Assembly: GCA_964640405.1 (NCBI GenBank)
Contig: CAZXIG010000002.1
Span: forward strand, 1 to 36,913
DNA length: 36,913 nt
Direction: 5' to 3'
DNA from: an uncultured Candidatus Kuenenia sp.
GTDB lineage: Bacteria; Planctomycetota; Planctomycetia; Pirellulales; UBA1268
Shown piece after piece: positions 1 through 7,513 of this stretch (positions are counted from its first letter, which is position 1; each line of letters opens with the position of its first letter). A program made the translations under genes and the position numbers. The notes under the pieces are model-generated. The model made no database searches and was not told where the DNA came from. It saw only the letters and a list, made by a program, of their open reading frames with translations.

Positions 1-78
1 CTGCCGACAAGCCCGTGGCGCAAGCCAGGGTCTGCCTTTTTGCCGACAAGCCCGTGGCGCAAGCCAGGGTCTGCCGAC
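1..78. repeat. Tandem direct repeat at the window edge (35-nt unit, two identical copies plus the start of a third)
   Basis: tgccgacaagcccgtggcgcaagccagggtctgcc occurs at 2-36 and again base-for-base at 41-75, separated only by tttt. ctgccgac restarts at 71-78. The window begins inside the array, so more copies may lie upstream. Confidence 0.9.
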
Positions 79-90
79 GGCCTTCCGGTG

Positions 91-2925
91 ATGCCACGCG
101 TATTCCCTTGCTTGCGCAACGGGCTTCCAGGCAGCCTCGTATGCCTCGTCGCTGTTTTTCTCGCCGTGCCGTGTTTCGCGGCGCCGTCGTATGAGCAGGA
201 GATCGCGCCGATCCTGCGGACCTACTGCTCGGGCTGCCACAACGAGCGGGAGGCGGAGTCGGCATTTTCGGTCGAGCGTTTCGCGTCGCTCCGCAAGGGG
301 GGCGACGGCGCCGGGGATCCGATCGTGCCGGGCGACGCGGCGGCGTCGGTGCTCATTCAGCGGATCAAGAGCGAGGATGCCGACCACATGCCGCCGGCCG
401 ACGAGCCGCAACTGACGGCGGCCGAACTCGCCACGCTCGAGGCCTGGATCGCGGCGGGGGCGCCCGGCCCGGCGCACGACACGTCGATCCTCGAAACACT
501 CGCGGTGCCGGCGCTCGCCCCCTACCGCGGCACGAAGCCCATCACCGCGCTTTCCCGCTCGCCCGATGGCACGCGGCTGGCCGTGGCCCGCGGCCGCGCA
601 GTCGAGATCGTGGCCGTCGCCGACGGCGTTCCTGGGAAAGTGCTCGCCACCATGGCCGACCTGCCGGGCAGCATCATGGCCGTTCACTTCAGCCGCGATG
701 GCGCGCGGCTCGTGATCGCCGGCGGGATCACGGGGCTTCGCGGCGTGGCCGAGATCCGCGATGCGGCGACTGGCAAGCTCGTGAAGGCGTTCGCCGGCCA
801 CCGCGACCTCGTTTACGACGCCGAACTCTCCCCCGATGAGCAGACGCTCGCCACGGCGGGTTACGACCGGTCGATCAAGCTCTGGAACGTGGCCGACGGG
901 GCGCTCGTGCGGTCGATCGACGTGCACAATGGCGCCGTCTTCGACCTCGCCTGGCATCCGTCGGGCAAGCTGCTGGCGTCGGCGAGCGCCGACGAGACCG
1001 TGAAACTCTGGCGGGCGAGCGACGGCGTGCGGCTCGACACCTTGAGCCAGCCGCAGGGGGAGGTGGCGAGCGTGGCCTTCACGCCCGACGGCGGCCATGT
1101 GATCGCCGCCGGCCGCGACAAACGGATCCACCTCTGGAAGCTCGTCTCGCTCGACGCGCCGGCGATCAACCCGTCGCTCCGCTCCGTGTTTGCCCACGAG
1201 ACGCCGATCGTGGCGGTCGCCCTCTCGGCCGACGGCCGCCGGCTCGTCACGACGGCCGAAGACCGGTCGCTCAAGGCGTGGAGCGTGCCCGACCTCGCGA
1301 TCGAAAAGGAGCTGCCGCGGCAGCCCGACCTCGTGGCGGCGATCGTGCCCGAAGGCGCAGGCGGGTTCCTGGTGGGCCGCCTCGATGGATCGCTCGACGC
1401 CGTGCCCTTCGCGGGAGCGTCAGGCAGCAGGCCGGCACCGACGGCGGTCGCGACGCAGCCGCCCACGGCTCCCGCTTCGGCCGACATCGGTGCGCCGACC
1501 GACGTTCCCGCCGCGACCGGAAGCGAGGCCGAGCCCAACGACACCGCATCCCAGGCCCAGCCCGTGGCCATTCCCGTGGCGATGAAGGGAGCGATCGGCG
1601 TTCCCGGCGACGCCGACTGCTTCCACTTCACCGCGCGGGCCGGCGTGCCGCTCGTGCTCGAGGTGATCGCCGCCTCGGGCGAGCCGAAATCGAAGCTCGA
1701 CTCGCGGATCGAGGTGCTCGATGCCGCCGGGCAGCCGGTGGAGCAGGTCGTGCTCCAGGCCGTCCGCGACTCGTGGCTCACGTTCCGTGGAAAAAACTCC
1801 TCGCAGAGCGGCGACTTCCGCCTGCAAAACTGGGAAGAGATGGATCTCGATCAATATGTCTACGTCGGGGGCGAGGTGGTGAAGCTCTGGCTCTACCCGC
1901 GCGGGCCCGATTCAGGGTTCGAGGTCTATCCAGGATTCGGCAATCGCCACACGTTTTTCCACACTTCCGCCGTCACCCATGCCCTCGGCGAGCCGGCTTG
2001 GGTCGTGGAGCCGCTGCCTCGCGGCGCGGCGGCCGTGCCCAACGGCCTGCCCGTCTTCCGGCTGCCGTATGAAAACGACGATGAGCCGACGCGTCGGCTC
2101 GGCACCGACTCGCAGCTGATCTTCACGCCACCGGCCGACGGCGAGTATGTGGCGCGGGTGAGCGACGTGCGCGGCTTCGGCGGGGCGAGCGACTACCATT
2201 ACACGCTCGGCATCCGGCGGCCGAATCCGTCGGTCACGGTGGCCATCGAGGGGAAGGATCCGAAGGTGAGCCCCGGCAGTGGCAGCGAACTCACATTCAA
2301 GGCCACCCGGATCGAGGGCTTCGACGGCCCCGTGCGGATCGAGGTGGCCGGCCTGCCGGCGGGCTTCACGTTCCACGGGCCCATCGAGATCGAGGCGGGG
2401 CAGCACGATGCCCGCGGCGTGCTCTCCGCGACGGCCGACGCCCAGGCGCCGGACGAAGCGGTCGACAAGGCCGTGAAGGTGCGGGCGGTGGCGATGATCG
2501 ACGGCCGCGAGGTCACGCAGGATCTCGGCACGCTCGGCGACATCCAACTCGGCGAGAAACCGAAGCTCACGGTCGAGATCGCACCGGGATCCGATCCCGC
2601 CGTCGTCAAGCAGGTTCCGGGCGAGCCGCTCGAATTCACGATCCGTCCCGGCCAGACGATCACCGCGAAGGTGAAGGTGGTGCGGCACGACTTCAAGGAT
2701 CGCATCGACTTCGGCACGGTGGGCGCGGGCCGCAACCTGCCGCACGGCGCCTTCATCGACAACCTCGGGCTTAACGGCCTGTTGATCGTCGAGGGGCAAA
2801 ACGAGCGGGAGTTTTTCATCACCGCCGCCCCGAAGACCTCGCCCGGCCGCCGGCTCTTCCATCTGCGTGCCAGCCCCGACAGCGGCCAGGCCTCCTTTCC
2901 GGCGGTGCTCAACGTGTTGCCGTGA
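91..2925 (+). CDS. Exported cytochrome-c (PSCyt1-type) / WD40 beta-propeller / pre-peptidase-C-terminal-like multidomain protein
   Basis: ATG at 91; the ORF opens at TTG 40 inside the repeat. Signal-like N-terminus MPRVFPCLRNGLPGSLVCLVAVFLAVPCFAAP. CSGCH heme motif in the context PILRTYCSGCHNE...DHMPP. Several WD40 units (SIKLWNV, TVKLWRA, RIHLWKL, SLKAWSV). EPND...GDADCFHF PPC-like domain, then Ig-like C-terminal part. Confidence 0.85.
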   Translation: MPRVFPCLRNGLPGSLVCLVAVFLAVPCFAAPSYEQEIAPILRTYCSGCHNEREAESAFSVERFASLRKGGDGAGDPIVPGDAAASVLIQRIKSEDADHMPPADEPQLTAAELATLEAWIAAGAPGPAHDTSILETLAVPALAPYRGTKPITALSRSPDGTRLAVARGRAVEIVAVADGVPGKVLATMADLPGSIMAVHFSRDGARLVIAGGITGLRGVAEIRDAATGKLVKAFAGHRDLVYDAELSPDEQTLATAGYDRSIKLWNVADGALVRSIDVHNGAVFDLAWHPSGKLLASASADETVKLWRASDGVRLDTLSQPQGEVASVAFTPDGGHVIAAGRDKRIHLWKLVSLDAPAINPSLRSVFAHETPIVAVALSADGRRLVTTAEDRSLKAWSVPDLAIEKELPRQPDLVAAIVPEGAGGFLVGRLDGSLDAVPFAGASGSRPAPTAVATQPPTAPASADIGAPTDVPAATGSEAEPNDTASQAQPVAIPVAMKGAIGVPGDADCFHFTARAGVPLVLEVIAASGEPKSKLDSRIEVLDAAGQPVEQVVLQAVRDSWLTFRGKNSSQSGDFRLQNWEEMDLDQYVYVGGEVVKLWLYPRGPDSGFEVYPGFGNRHTFFHTSAVTHALGEPAWVVEPLPRGAAAVPNGLPVFRLPYENDDEPTRRLGTDSQLIFTPPADGEYVARVSDVRGFGGASDYHYTLGIRRPNPSVTVAIEGKDPKVSPGSGSELTFKATRIEGFDGPVRIEVAGLPAGFTFHGPIEIEAGQHDARGVLSATADAQAPDEAVDKAVKVRAVAMIDGREVTQDLGTLGDIQLGEKPKLTVEIAPGSDPAVVKQVPGEPLEFTIRPGQTITAKVKVVRHDFKDRIDFGTVGAGRNLPHGAFIDNLGLNGLLIVEGQNEREFFITAAPKTSPGRRLFHLRASPDSGQASFPAVLNVLP

Positions 2926-3194
2926 ATGAAGCCATCAACAACGTCCGCGAAGCCATTGCCGCCTGCCTGGAGACACGCGCGGAGCGAGGATGCCGCTCGC
3001 CGTGTCGTGGCAACAGCAGGGTCGGCTCGATTCAACCGCCCGCGCAATCGAGCATGCGCCCGGCGAGATGACGACTGAAGCGGCCGAGCCCGCACTTGAT
3101 CCGGCGAAGCTTTTCGGCATCGATGACGACGCGGCAGGGCTTCATCCACGGGCTTCCGAACGGCACGACCGACGCCCCACCCAACGCGACGAGC

Positions 3195-4175
3195 TCACGC
3201 GGCCCACCGCCTCGTGCCCGCCCCCGCGAGCCGCGCCTTGACCATCATGCGGGCGACGTCGGGCATGCAGTACCTCGCCTGCCAGTCGATCGCCTTCCTG
3301 GCCCGGGAGGGGTCGGCCCGGCCGCAGGCGATCCCCGTGGGCCGCATGAGGCTGCGGTCGTGGCAGACGTGGTCCTTCCAGTCGAGGCCGACCGCGGAGA
3401 ACACCTCCTTCACGAACTCCTCGAGCGAGAATGTCCGCCCGGTGGCGATCACGAGATCCTGCGGATCCTCCTGCTGGAGCATCCGATGCATCGCGACGAC
3501 GTACTCCGGCGCCCAGCCCCAGTCTCGGCGGACGGTAAGGTCGCCGAGGGAGAGCGTCTGCTGCTCACCGGCCGCGATGCGGCAGGCGGCGGCCACGATC
3601 TTCTGCGTCACGAATCGCTCGGGCCGCAGGAGGCTTTCGTGGTTGAAGAGAACCCCGGTGCAGGCGTGGAGCGAGTAGGCCTCGCGGTACTGCGCGACCT
3701 GCCAGAAGGCCGTCGCCTTCGCGATGCCGTAGGGGCTCCGCGGCTTGATGGTTGTTTCCTCGGTGGCGGGCGCGTCGCCCGTGTTGCCGAACATCTCCGA
3801 ACTGCCGGCGCTGTAGAGGCGAATCGGCACCTTGAGCATCCGGATCGTTTCGAGCAGGTTCACGACTCCGACGACGACGCTTTCGAACGTCTCGACGGGC
3901 TGCTCGAACGACACGAACACGGAGGTCTGGCCGGCGAGGTTGTAGATCTCGTCCGGGCACTCCCGGGCCACCACCTGCATGGTGGATCGGAAATCGACGA
4001 GCGACATCGACTGAATCGTGACACGGTCGCGGATGCCGAGGGCGGCCAGCCCCTCGAACCGCCCCGACGTGGCGTCGCGACTCGTGCCAACCACGCGGTA
4101 GCCCTGCGACAGGAGGTGGGCTGCGAGGTAGGCGCCGTCCTGGCCGCCGATTCCGGTGATGAGAGCCGTCTTCAT
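3195..4175 (-). CDS. gmd: GDP-mannose 4,6-dehydratase
   Basis: 326 aa starting MKTALITGIGGQDGAYLAAHLLSQGYRVVGTSRD (SDR Rossmann TGxxGxxG). Also contains LYSAGSSEMFG, SPYGIAKA (YxxxK) and NHESLLRPERFVTQKI, characteristic of Gmd. ATG at 4175. Confidence 0.93.
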   Translation of the reverse strand: MKTALITGIGGQDGAYLAAHLLSQGYRVVGTSRDATSGRFEGLAALGIRDRVTIQSMSLVDFRSTMQVVARECPDEIYNLAGQTSVFVSFEQPVETFESVVVGVVNLLETIRMLKVPIRLYSAGSSEMFGNTGDAPATEETTIKPRSPYGIAKATAFWQVAQYREAYSLHACTGVLFNHESLLRPERFVTQKIVAAACRIAAGEQQTLSLGDLTVRRDWGWAPEYVVAMHRMLQQEDPQDLVIATGRTFSLEEFVKEVFSAVGLDWKDHVCHDRSLMRPTGIACGRADPSRARKAIDWQARYCMPDVARMMVKARLAGAGTRRWAA

Positions 4176-4226
4176 GCAGGGACGGTAGCAGGCCGCCCTC
4201 GGCCGATAAACCTCGGAACGCCCAGT

Positions 4227-4243
4227 AAAAACGCTGCGTTTTT
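4227..4243. promoter_or_regulatory. Perfect 8-1-8 palindrome in the gmd/gntK divergent intergenic region (candidate operator)
   Basis: aaaaacgc t gcgttttt. It sits in the AT-richest patch of the 159-bp divergent promoter region 4176-4334. Confidence 0.25.
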
Positions 4244-4334
4244 CAGAACAATACCTACGGCCATGACGTGCGGCTCCTCGTCTCCTCGCTCATGTGTCGT
4301 TCTCCACGGTGCTCACTCGCAGTAGGATCGTGCC

Positions 4335-4871
4335 ATGCTCGACCAAGACTCCCCACCCGTTGGAGGCAGCCTCCGCACGCACGCCGTGGTCATCATGGGC
4401 GTGTGCGGTGCCGGCAAGACGGAAATCGGCCGGAGGCTGGCGAAGGCCCTGCAGTGGACCTTCCTCGACGCCGACGACTTTCACCCGCCGGCAAACGTCG
4501 AAAAGATGCGGGTGGGCACGCCGCTCTGCGACGCCGATCGTTGGCCTTGGCTCGACGCGCTGGCAGCGGCTCTGAAGGATGCGACGGCCGGACGTGGAAA
4601 CGCTGTCTTGGCATGCTCTGCGCTAGCCCGCCGCTACCGCGACCGGCTCGGCCTGCCCCACCCGCTCATCCGACTGGTGCACCTCGACGACGCGGGCGGC
4701 ATCATCCGCCAGCGGATGGAACAGCGGGCCGGCCACTTCATGCCGGCCACGCTGCTCGACAGCCAACTGGCCCTGCTCGAGAGCCCCGGTGCCGACGAGC
4801 GGCCCATCGTCGTCGACGTGGCAGACGAGCCCGACGCGATCGTTCGCTCGATCCTGGCGGCGCTCGACTGA
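4335..4871 (+). CDS. gntK: Gluconokinase (GntK/IdnK family)
   Basis: P-loop VVIMGVCGAGKTEIG. FLDADDFHPPANVEKMRVGTPLCDADRWPWLDAL and CSALARRYRD...HFMPATLLDSQLALLE are collinear with E. coli GntK as I recall it. Confidence 0.85.
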   Translation: MLDQDSPPVGGSLRTHAVVIMGVCGAGKTEIGRRLAKALQWTFLDADDFHPPANVEKMRVGTPLCDADRWPWLDALAAALKDATAGRGNAVLACSALARRYRDRLGLPHPLIRLVHLDDAGGIIRQRMEQRAGHFMPATLLDSQLALLESPGADERPIVVDVADEPDAIVRSILAALD

Positions 4872-4892
4872 TGCGAGCGACGGCCGGTCTCG

Positions 4893-4916
4893 TGCCGCGT
4901 TGGAACGAACGCGGCA
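4893..4916. terminator. Stem-loop between convergent gntK and the ars operon (candidate bidirectional terminator)
   Basis: tgccgcgtt ggaacg aacgcggca gives a perfect 9-bp stem with a 6-nt loop, 22 nt after the gntK stop. There is no U-tract on either side. Confidence 0.35.
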
Positions 4917-4958
4917 ACACCAGACGGACGAGCCTGCCTCCCGCCGCTTTGTCCCGAC

Positions 4959-5024
4959 CCAGTGCATCTTTGCCTCAGGATGGGCGGCCAGAACTGCCCG
5001 AAACTCCGAAACTTTCATCGACAA
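4959..5024 (-). pseudogene. 5' relic of a second DUF6428 gene (first ~22 codons only)
   Basis: MSMKVSEFRAVLAAHPEAKMHW matches MSMNVAELRAILSAHPETKMHW of the intact gene at 6190-6627. Similarity stops abruptly after that and the rest of ORF 4623-5024 is unrelated. Confidence 0.8.
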
Positions 5025-5157
5025 CCTTTCAGCAAGAGCCGCTCAAGGAGGCGAGCAACGCCAGCACCTTTTTCTCGATCAGATCCCTCACGCCCCGAAA
5101 CTCCTCGGGCGACATCTCTCGAGGGTCGGGGATCTGCCAGTCTTCACGCCGGGCGGC
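4959..5157. repeat. Copy A of a 199-bp gap-free direct repeat (3' end of arsC + spacer + 5' end of DUF6428 gene)
   Basis: Aligns without indels to 6562-6760 at a constant offset of 1603 bp. Checked at three landmarks: ccagtgcatc, tcatcgacaacctttcagcaagagcc and cgccccgaaactcctcgg. Roughly four-fifths identical by eye. Confidence 0.85.
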
Positions 5158-5427
5158 GAGCACGAGCGGGCATTCGTCGCCGCACCCCATCGTGACGGCC
5201 ACGTCCACCGCCCTGCCGTTGAAGGTCTCCAAGCCCTTCGAGGAGTGCGTCGTCAGGTCATACCCCAACTCCTTCATGGCCTCGATCGCCTTGGGGTTGA
5301 TCCGCCCCGATGGCCGTGAGCCGGCGCTGGCGGCCTCCACCCCGCCTCCGCCGTGCATCCGGGCGAAAGCTTCCGCCATCTGGCTTCGATTCGAGTTCTC
5401 GACGCAGACGAATAAAACGGTCTTCAT
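5029..5427 (-). CDS. arsC: Arsenate reductase, low-molecular-weight phosphatase family
   Basis: MKTVLFVCVENSNRSQMAEAF carries the CX5R(S) P-loop. Also TMGCGDECP and REDWQIPDP. ATG at 5427 overlaps the stop of the upstream channel gene as ATGA. The longer ORF-track start at 5535 is upstream of the conserved N-terminus. Confidence 0.9.
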   Translation of the reverse strand: MKTVLFVCVENSNRSQMAEAFARMHGGGGVEAASAGSRPSGRINPKAIEAMKELGYDLTTHSSKGLETFNGRAVDVAVTMGCGDECPLVLAARREDWQIPDPREMSPEEFRGVRDLIEKKVLALLASLSGSC

Positions 5428-6122
5428 GAACATCTCCCGCTCTTGTCCAGCCCACCGTGCGACGGCGAGTGAACGATGTGCCATACATGCGCGCCCGCCA
5501 GCGCCCCGGCGATCGGGCCGAGGAGGTAGATCCACAGGTGATCGAGCCGCATCGCCACGACTGCCGGAGCCAGGGAACGAGCCGGGTTCATCGACGCCCC
5601 GCTGATCGGCCCGGCAAACAGTGCTTCCAAGCCGATCACCCCGCCGATGACGATGCCGGCCAGGATTTTTGCATCACTGCCGCCGGCGGACACACTCAAT
5701 ATCACGAACATCAGGATCAGGGTCAGCAGGAATTCGAGCACGAGCGACTGGAGGTCGCTGCCTGCGGGAATGGTCGCCCCGAGGGTGTTGCTTTCGGGAA
5801 ACAGCATTCGGAGCGTGCCGCTGGCCAAAAAGGCGCCGACGCACTGGCTGCCGATGAAGGGCAGCACGAGAGACCGTTCGAACCGCCCGGCGGCATACAG
5901 CCCGAGTGTGACGGCCGGATTGATGTGGCAGCCGGACACGCCTCCGATGGCATAGATCATCGCCATCACGACCAAGCCGAACGTCAGCGCCACACCCACG
6001 TGCGTGACACCGCCTCCCGTCACCTCGTTGACGACCACCGCTCCGGTTCCGGCAAACACGAGGCAGAACGTGCCAAACGCTTCTGCACAGAGACGGCGAG
6101 ACACCATGGGCTTGTTCATCAT
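5424..6122 (-). CDS. MIP-family channel (aquaglyceroporin / NIP-like), likely As(III) channel of the ars operon
   Basis: Two NPA boxes (GCHINPAVT, ASMNPARS) and six hydrophobic segments. Start chosen at MMNKPMVSRRLCAEAFGTF (ATG 6122), which avoids overlap with the DUF6428 gene. Stop TGA at 5424-5426. Confidence 0.88.
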   Translation of the reverse strand: MMNKPMVSRRLCAEAFGTFCLVFAGTGAVVVNEVTGGGVTHVGVALTFGLVVMAMIYAIGGVSGCHINPAVTLGLYAAGRFERSLVLPFIGSQCVGAFLASGTLRMLFPESNTLGATIPAGSDLQSLVLEFLLTLILMFVILSVSAGGSDAKILAGIVIGGVIGLEALFAGPISGASMNPARSLAPAVVAMRLDHLWIYLLGPIAGALAGAHVWHIVHSPSHGGLDKSGRCS

Positions 6123-6189
6123 GTTGGCTGGCAATCCCTTTCGGACCGACAAACTTTCGGTATCCGGCGAACCTGCTTCTTCACCCGCC

Positions 6190-6627
6190 TCAACAGCATC
6201 CGCCGCCATCCACCCCGCACTTCTCCGGAGCAAGGCACGCAGTGTGCTTGGTGCCAAGATAAAACAATAGCCCGGCGGGCGTGACTTCCACACCGCCAAC
6301 CGGGTACTGCGAGATCGTTCCCTCCTCGTACTCGACTTCGACCGGCAGATCGTCGCTCTTCAGCACCGCCCCGGCGACCTCCATGATTTTCGCCAACTTG
6401 GTGGTCTGCAGCCGGTGGTCCTTGTCGTCGGCCACCCAGATCTGGAGCAGGCATGAGGCCAGAGATCGGATCGTGCCGCCGCAGTCGATGAAATCCTTCT
6501 GAACCCGTCCCACTTCGGTGATGTGGTAGTGGTCCGGAACGAACGACTTGTCTGGGAGCATCCAGTGCATCTTCGTCTCAGGATGGGCGGACAGAATCGC
6601 TCGCAACTCTGCAACGTTCATCGACAA
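6190..6627 (-). CDS. DUF6428-like protein (uncharacterised, ars-operon associated)
   Basis: 145 aa. FVPDHYHITEVG, FIDCGGTIR, WVADDKDHRL and TACLAPEKCG match my recollection of the DUF6428 family seen in ars operons. It ends in GVDGGGCC. Confidence 0.75.
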   Translation of the reverse strand: MSMNVAELRAILSAHPETKMHWMLPDKSFVPDHYHITEVGRVQKDFIDCGGTIRSLASCLLQIWVADDKDHRLQTTKLAKIMEVAGAVLKSDDLPVEVEYEEGTISQYPVGGVEVTPAGLLFYLGTKHTACLAPEKCGVDGGGCC

Positions 6628-6760
6628 CCTTTCAGCAAGAGCCCCCTCGGGGACTGAGTAACGTCAGCACCTTCATCTCAACGAGATTCCGCACGCCCCG
6701 AAACTCCTCGGCTGACATCACTCGGGGATCGGGAACCTGCCACTCCTCACGCTGGGCGGC
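6562..6760. repeat. Copy B of the 199-bp direct repeat
   Basis: See copy A (4959-5157). Constant offset of 1603 bp with no indels. Confidence 0.85.
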
Positions 6761-6806
6761 ATTGCCTTGCCCCTGGCTCCGCCGTGCATTCGGGCGAAGG
6801 CTTCGG
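6632..6806 (-). pseudogene. arsC: Degraded arsC copy (5' truncation plus internal deletion and frameshift)
   Basis: Fragment 1 (about 6770-6806) encodes EAFARMHGG, matching intact arsC codons ~19-27. Fragment 2 (6632-6768, another frame) encodes AAQREEWQVPDPRVMSAEEFRGVRNLVEMKVLTLLSPRGGSC. That matches the intact tail AARREDWQIPDPREMSPEEFRGVRDLIEKKVLALLASLSGSC. About 75 codons between the two fragments are missing. Confidence 0.85.
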
Positions 6807-7149
6807 TCAGGCACAATCCCTGATCGAGCAAGCTTCGGACGCACAGGTCCACGACCCGATAGTGGACATTCACTCCGGCTCGACGGGCCTCGACGATCCC
6901 GAGACTGCCGAGTCGTTGAAGTTGGTTGGAAACCGCCTGTGGCTTCATGCCGACCTCATCGGCCAGTTCCGTGACACACAGCTCGTCGGCCCGCACGAGG
7001 GCGTGCAGCAGCCGAAGCCGAGTGTCGTTGGCCAGCACCTTGAACACCGCCGCCAACCCGCCCGCCTGAATGGGCGACATGAGCGGACGATCTTTGAGCG
7101 ATCGGGGCTTGCAGCACCCGGCAGCAGCAGCGGAGCGTTTCTGAGCCAT
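6718..7149 (-). CDS. arsR: ArsR/SmtB-family metalloregulator whose reading frame runs into the arsC relic
   Basis: FKVLANDTRLRLLHALVRADELCVTELADEVGMKPQAVSNQLQRLGSLGIVEARRAG is a winged HTH. There is an N-terminal vicinal Cys pair (GCCKP). After ...DQGLCL the ORF continues in frame into TEAFARMHGG of the arsC relic and ends 20 codons later. ATG at 7149. Confidence 0.85.
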   Translation of the reverse strand: MAQKRSAAAAGCCKPRSLKDRPLMSPIQAGGLAAVFKVLANDTRLRLLHALVRADELCVTELADEVGMKPQAVSNQLQRLGSLGIVEARRAGVNVHYRVVDLCVRSLLDQGLCLTEAFARMHGGARGKAMPPSVRSGRFPIPE

Positions 7150-7160
7150 GCGGATACGCT

Positions 7161-7184
7161 ACACGATTACACGATGACGTGTAA
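7161..7184. promoter_or_regulatory. Candidate ArsR operator
   Basis: Perfect 7-4-7 inverted repeat ttacacg atga cgtgtaa (7167-7184), overlapping a direct repeat acacgat (7161-7167 and 7169-7175). It lies 12-35 nt upstream of the arsR ATG. Confidence 0.45.
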
Positions 7185-7267
7185 AGTGGCTGTGGCAAGA
7201 GTCCGCCGCGAAGCCGTCACGATCTACGAGGAATCATGAGCCGTCGTGACCCGCGAATCACGCTCGC

Positions 7268-7513
7268 TCAGATTCGCGACGCCGCACGACGCCGCTCCGC
7301 ACGATACGCCTTGATCTCGGAGTCGATCTCTTCGGCCGTCATGGGCGGCATATCGGCCGGAACCATCTTCTGACGGAGGGCTTGCATCTTCCCGACGCGA
7401 ACTGCCGCGAGTCGCTCGCGAAGGAGCGAGTCCAACGCGTCGGGCTCGAAGAGGCCTTCGGCGGCGGCTTCCTTGGCGAGGGCGTCAGGAATCGTGATCT
7501 GGACGGTAGTCAT
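7268..7513 (-). CDS. Small antitoxin-like protein (family usually paired with PIN/VapC toxins); no partner toxin present
   Basis: 81 aa. MTTVQITIPDALAKEAAAEGLFEPDALDSLLRERL...PPMTAEEIDSEIKAYRAERRR resembles small antitoxin-type proteins I recall from cyanobacteria and planctomycetes. Only 118 bp separate it from arsR, and no toxin-sized ORF lies on either side. Confidence 0.5.
   Translation of the reverse strand: MTTVQITIPDALAKEAAAEGLFEPDALDSLLRERLAAVRVGKMQALRQKMVPADMPPMTAEEIDSEIKAYRAERRRAASRI

Noticed and set aside
1-78. Possibility that the 35-nt repeat is a CRISPR array
   Set aside because: The spacer between copies is only 4 nt (tttt), no cas genes are nearby, and the unit restarts immediately after copy 2. 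It is a tandem repeat, not repeat-spacer architecture.
40-90. TTG at 40 as the start of the first CDS
   Set aside because: It lies inside the tandem repeat and adds 17 non-hydrophobic residues ahead of a good signal peptide that begins at ATG 91.
2925-3071. HicB-antitoxin-like string NEAINNVREAIAACLETRAERG in the +3 frame, just after the first gene
   Set aside because: Only ~22 residues resemble the C-terminal helix of HicB/UPF0150 proteins. The upstream part of the frame overlaps the WD40 gene and has a stop at 2772. There is no start codon and no HicA partner. It may be a gene relic, but it is too short to support.
3096-4325. 409-aa plus-strand ORF and similar long ORFs (8533-10428, 13488-14936, 14834-17407, 20235-21941, 28074-29516, 30690-32381, 33429-34802, 22840-23712)
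   Set aside because: Each lies antisense to, or out of frame with, a gene that has clear family motifs. Their translations are Arg/Pro/Gly/Ala-rich with no recognisable motifs. They are an expected artefact of stop-codon scarcity in GC-rich DNA.
7236-7373. 45-codon plus-strand ORF beginning MSRRDPRITLAQIRDAA (faint HepT/DUF86-like start)
   Set aside because: It is almost entirely antisense to the better-supported 81-aa antitoxin-like gene. The similarity covers about 15 residues only, and no MNT partner is present.
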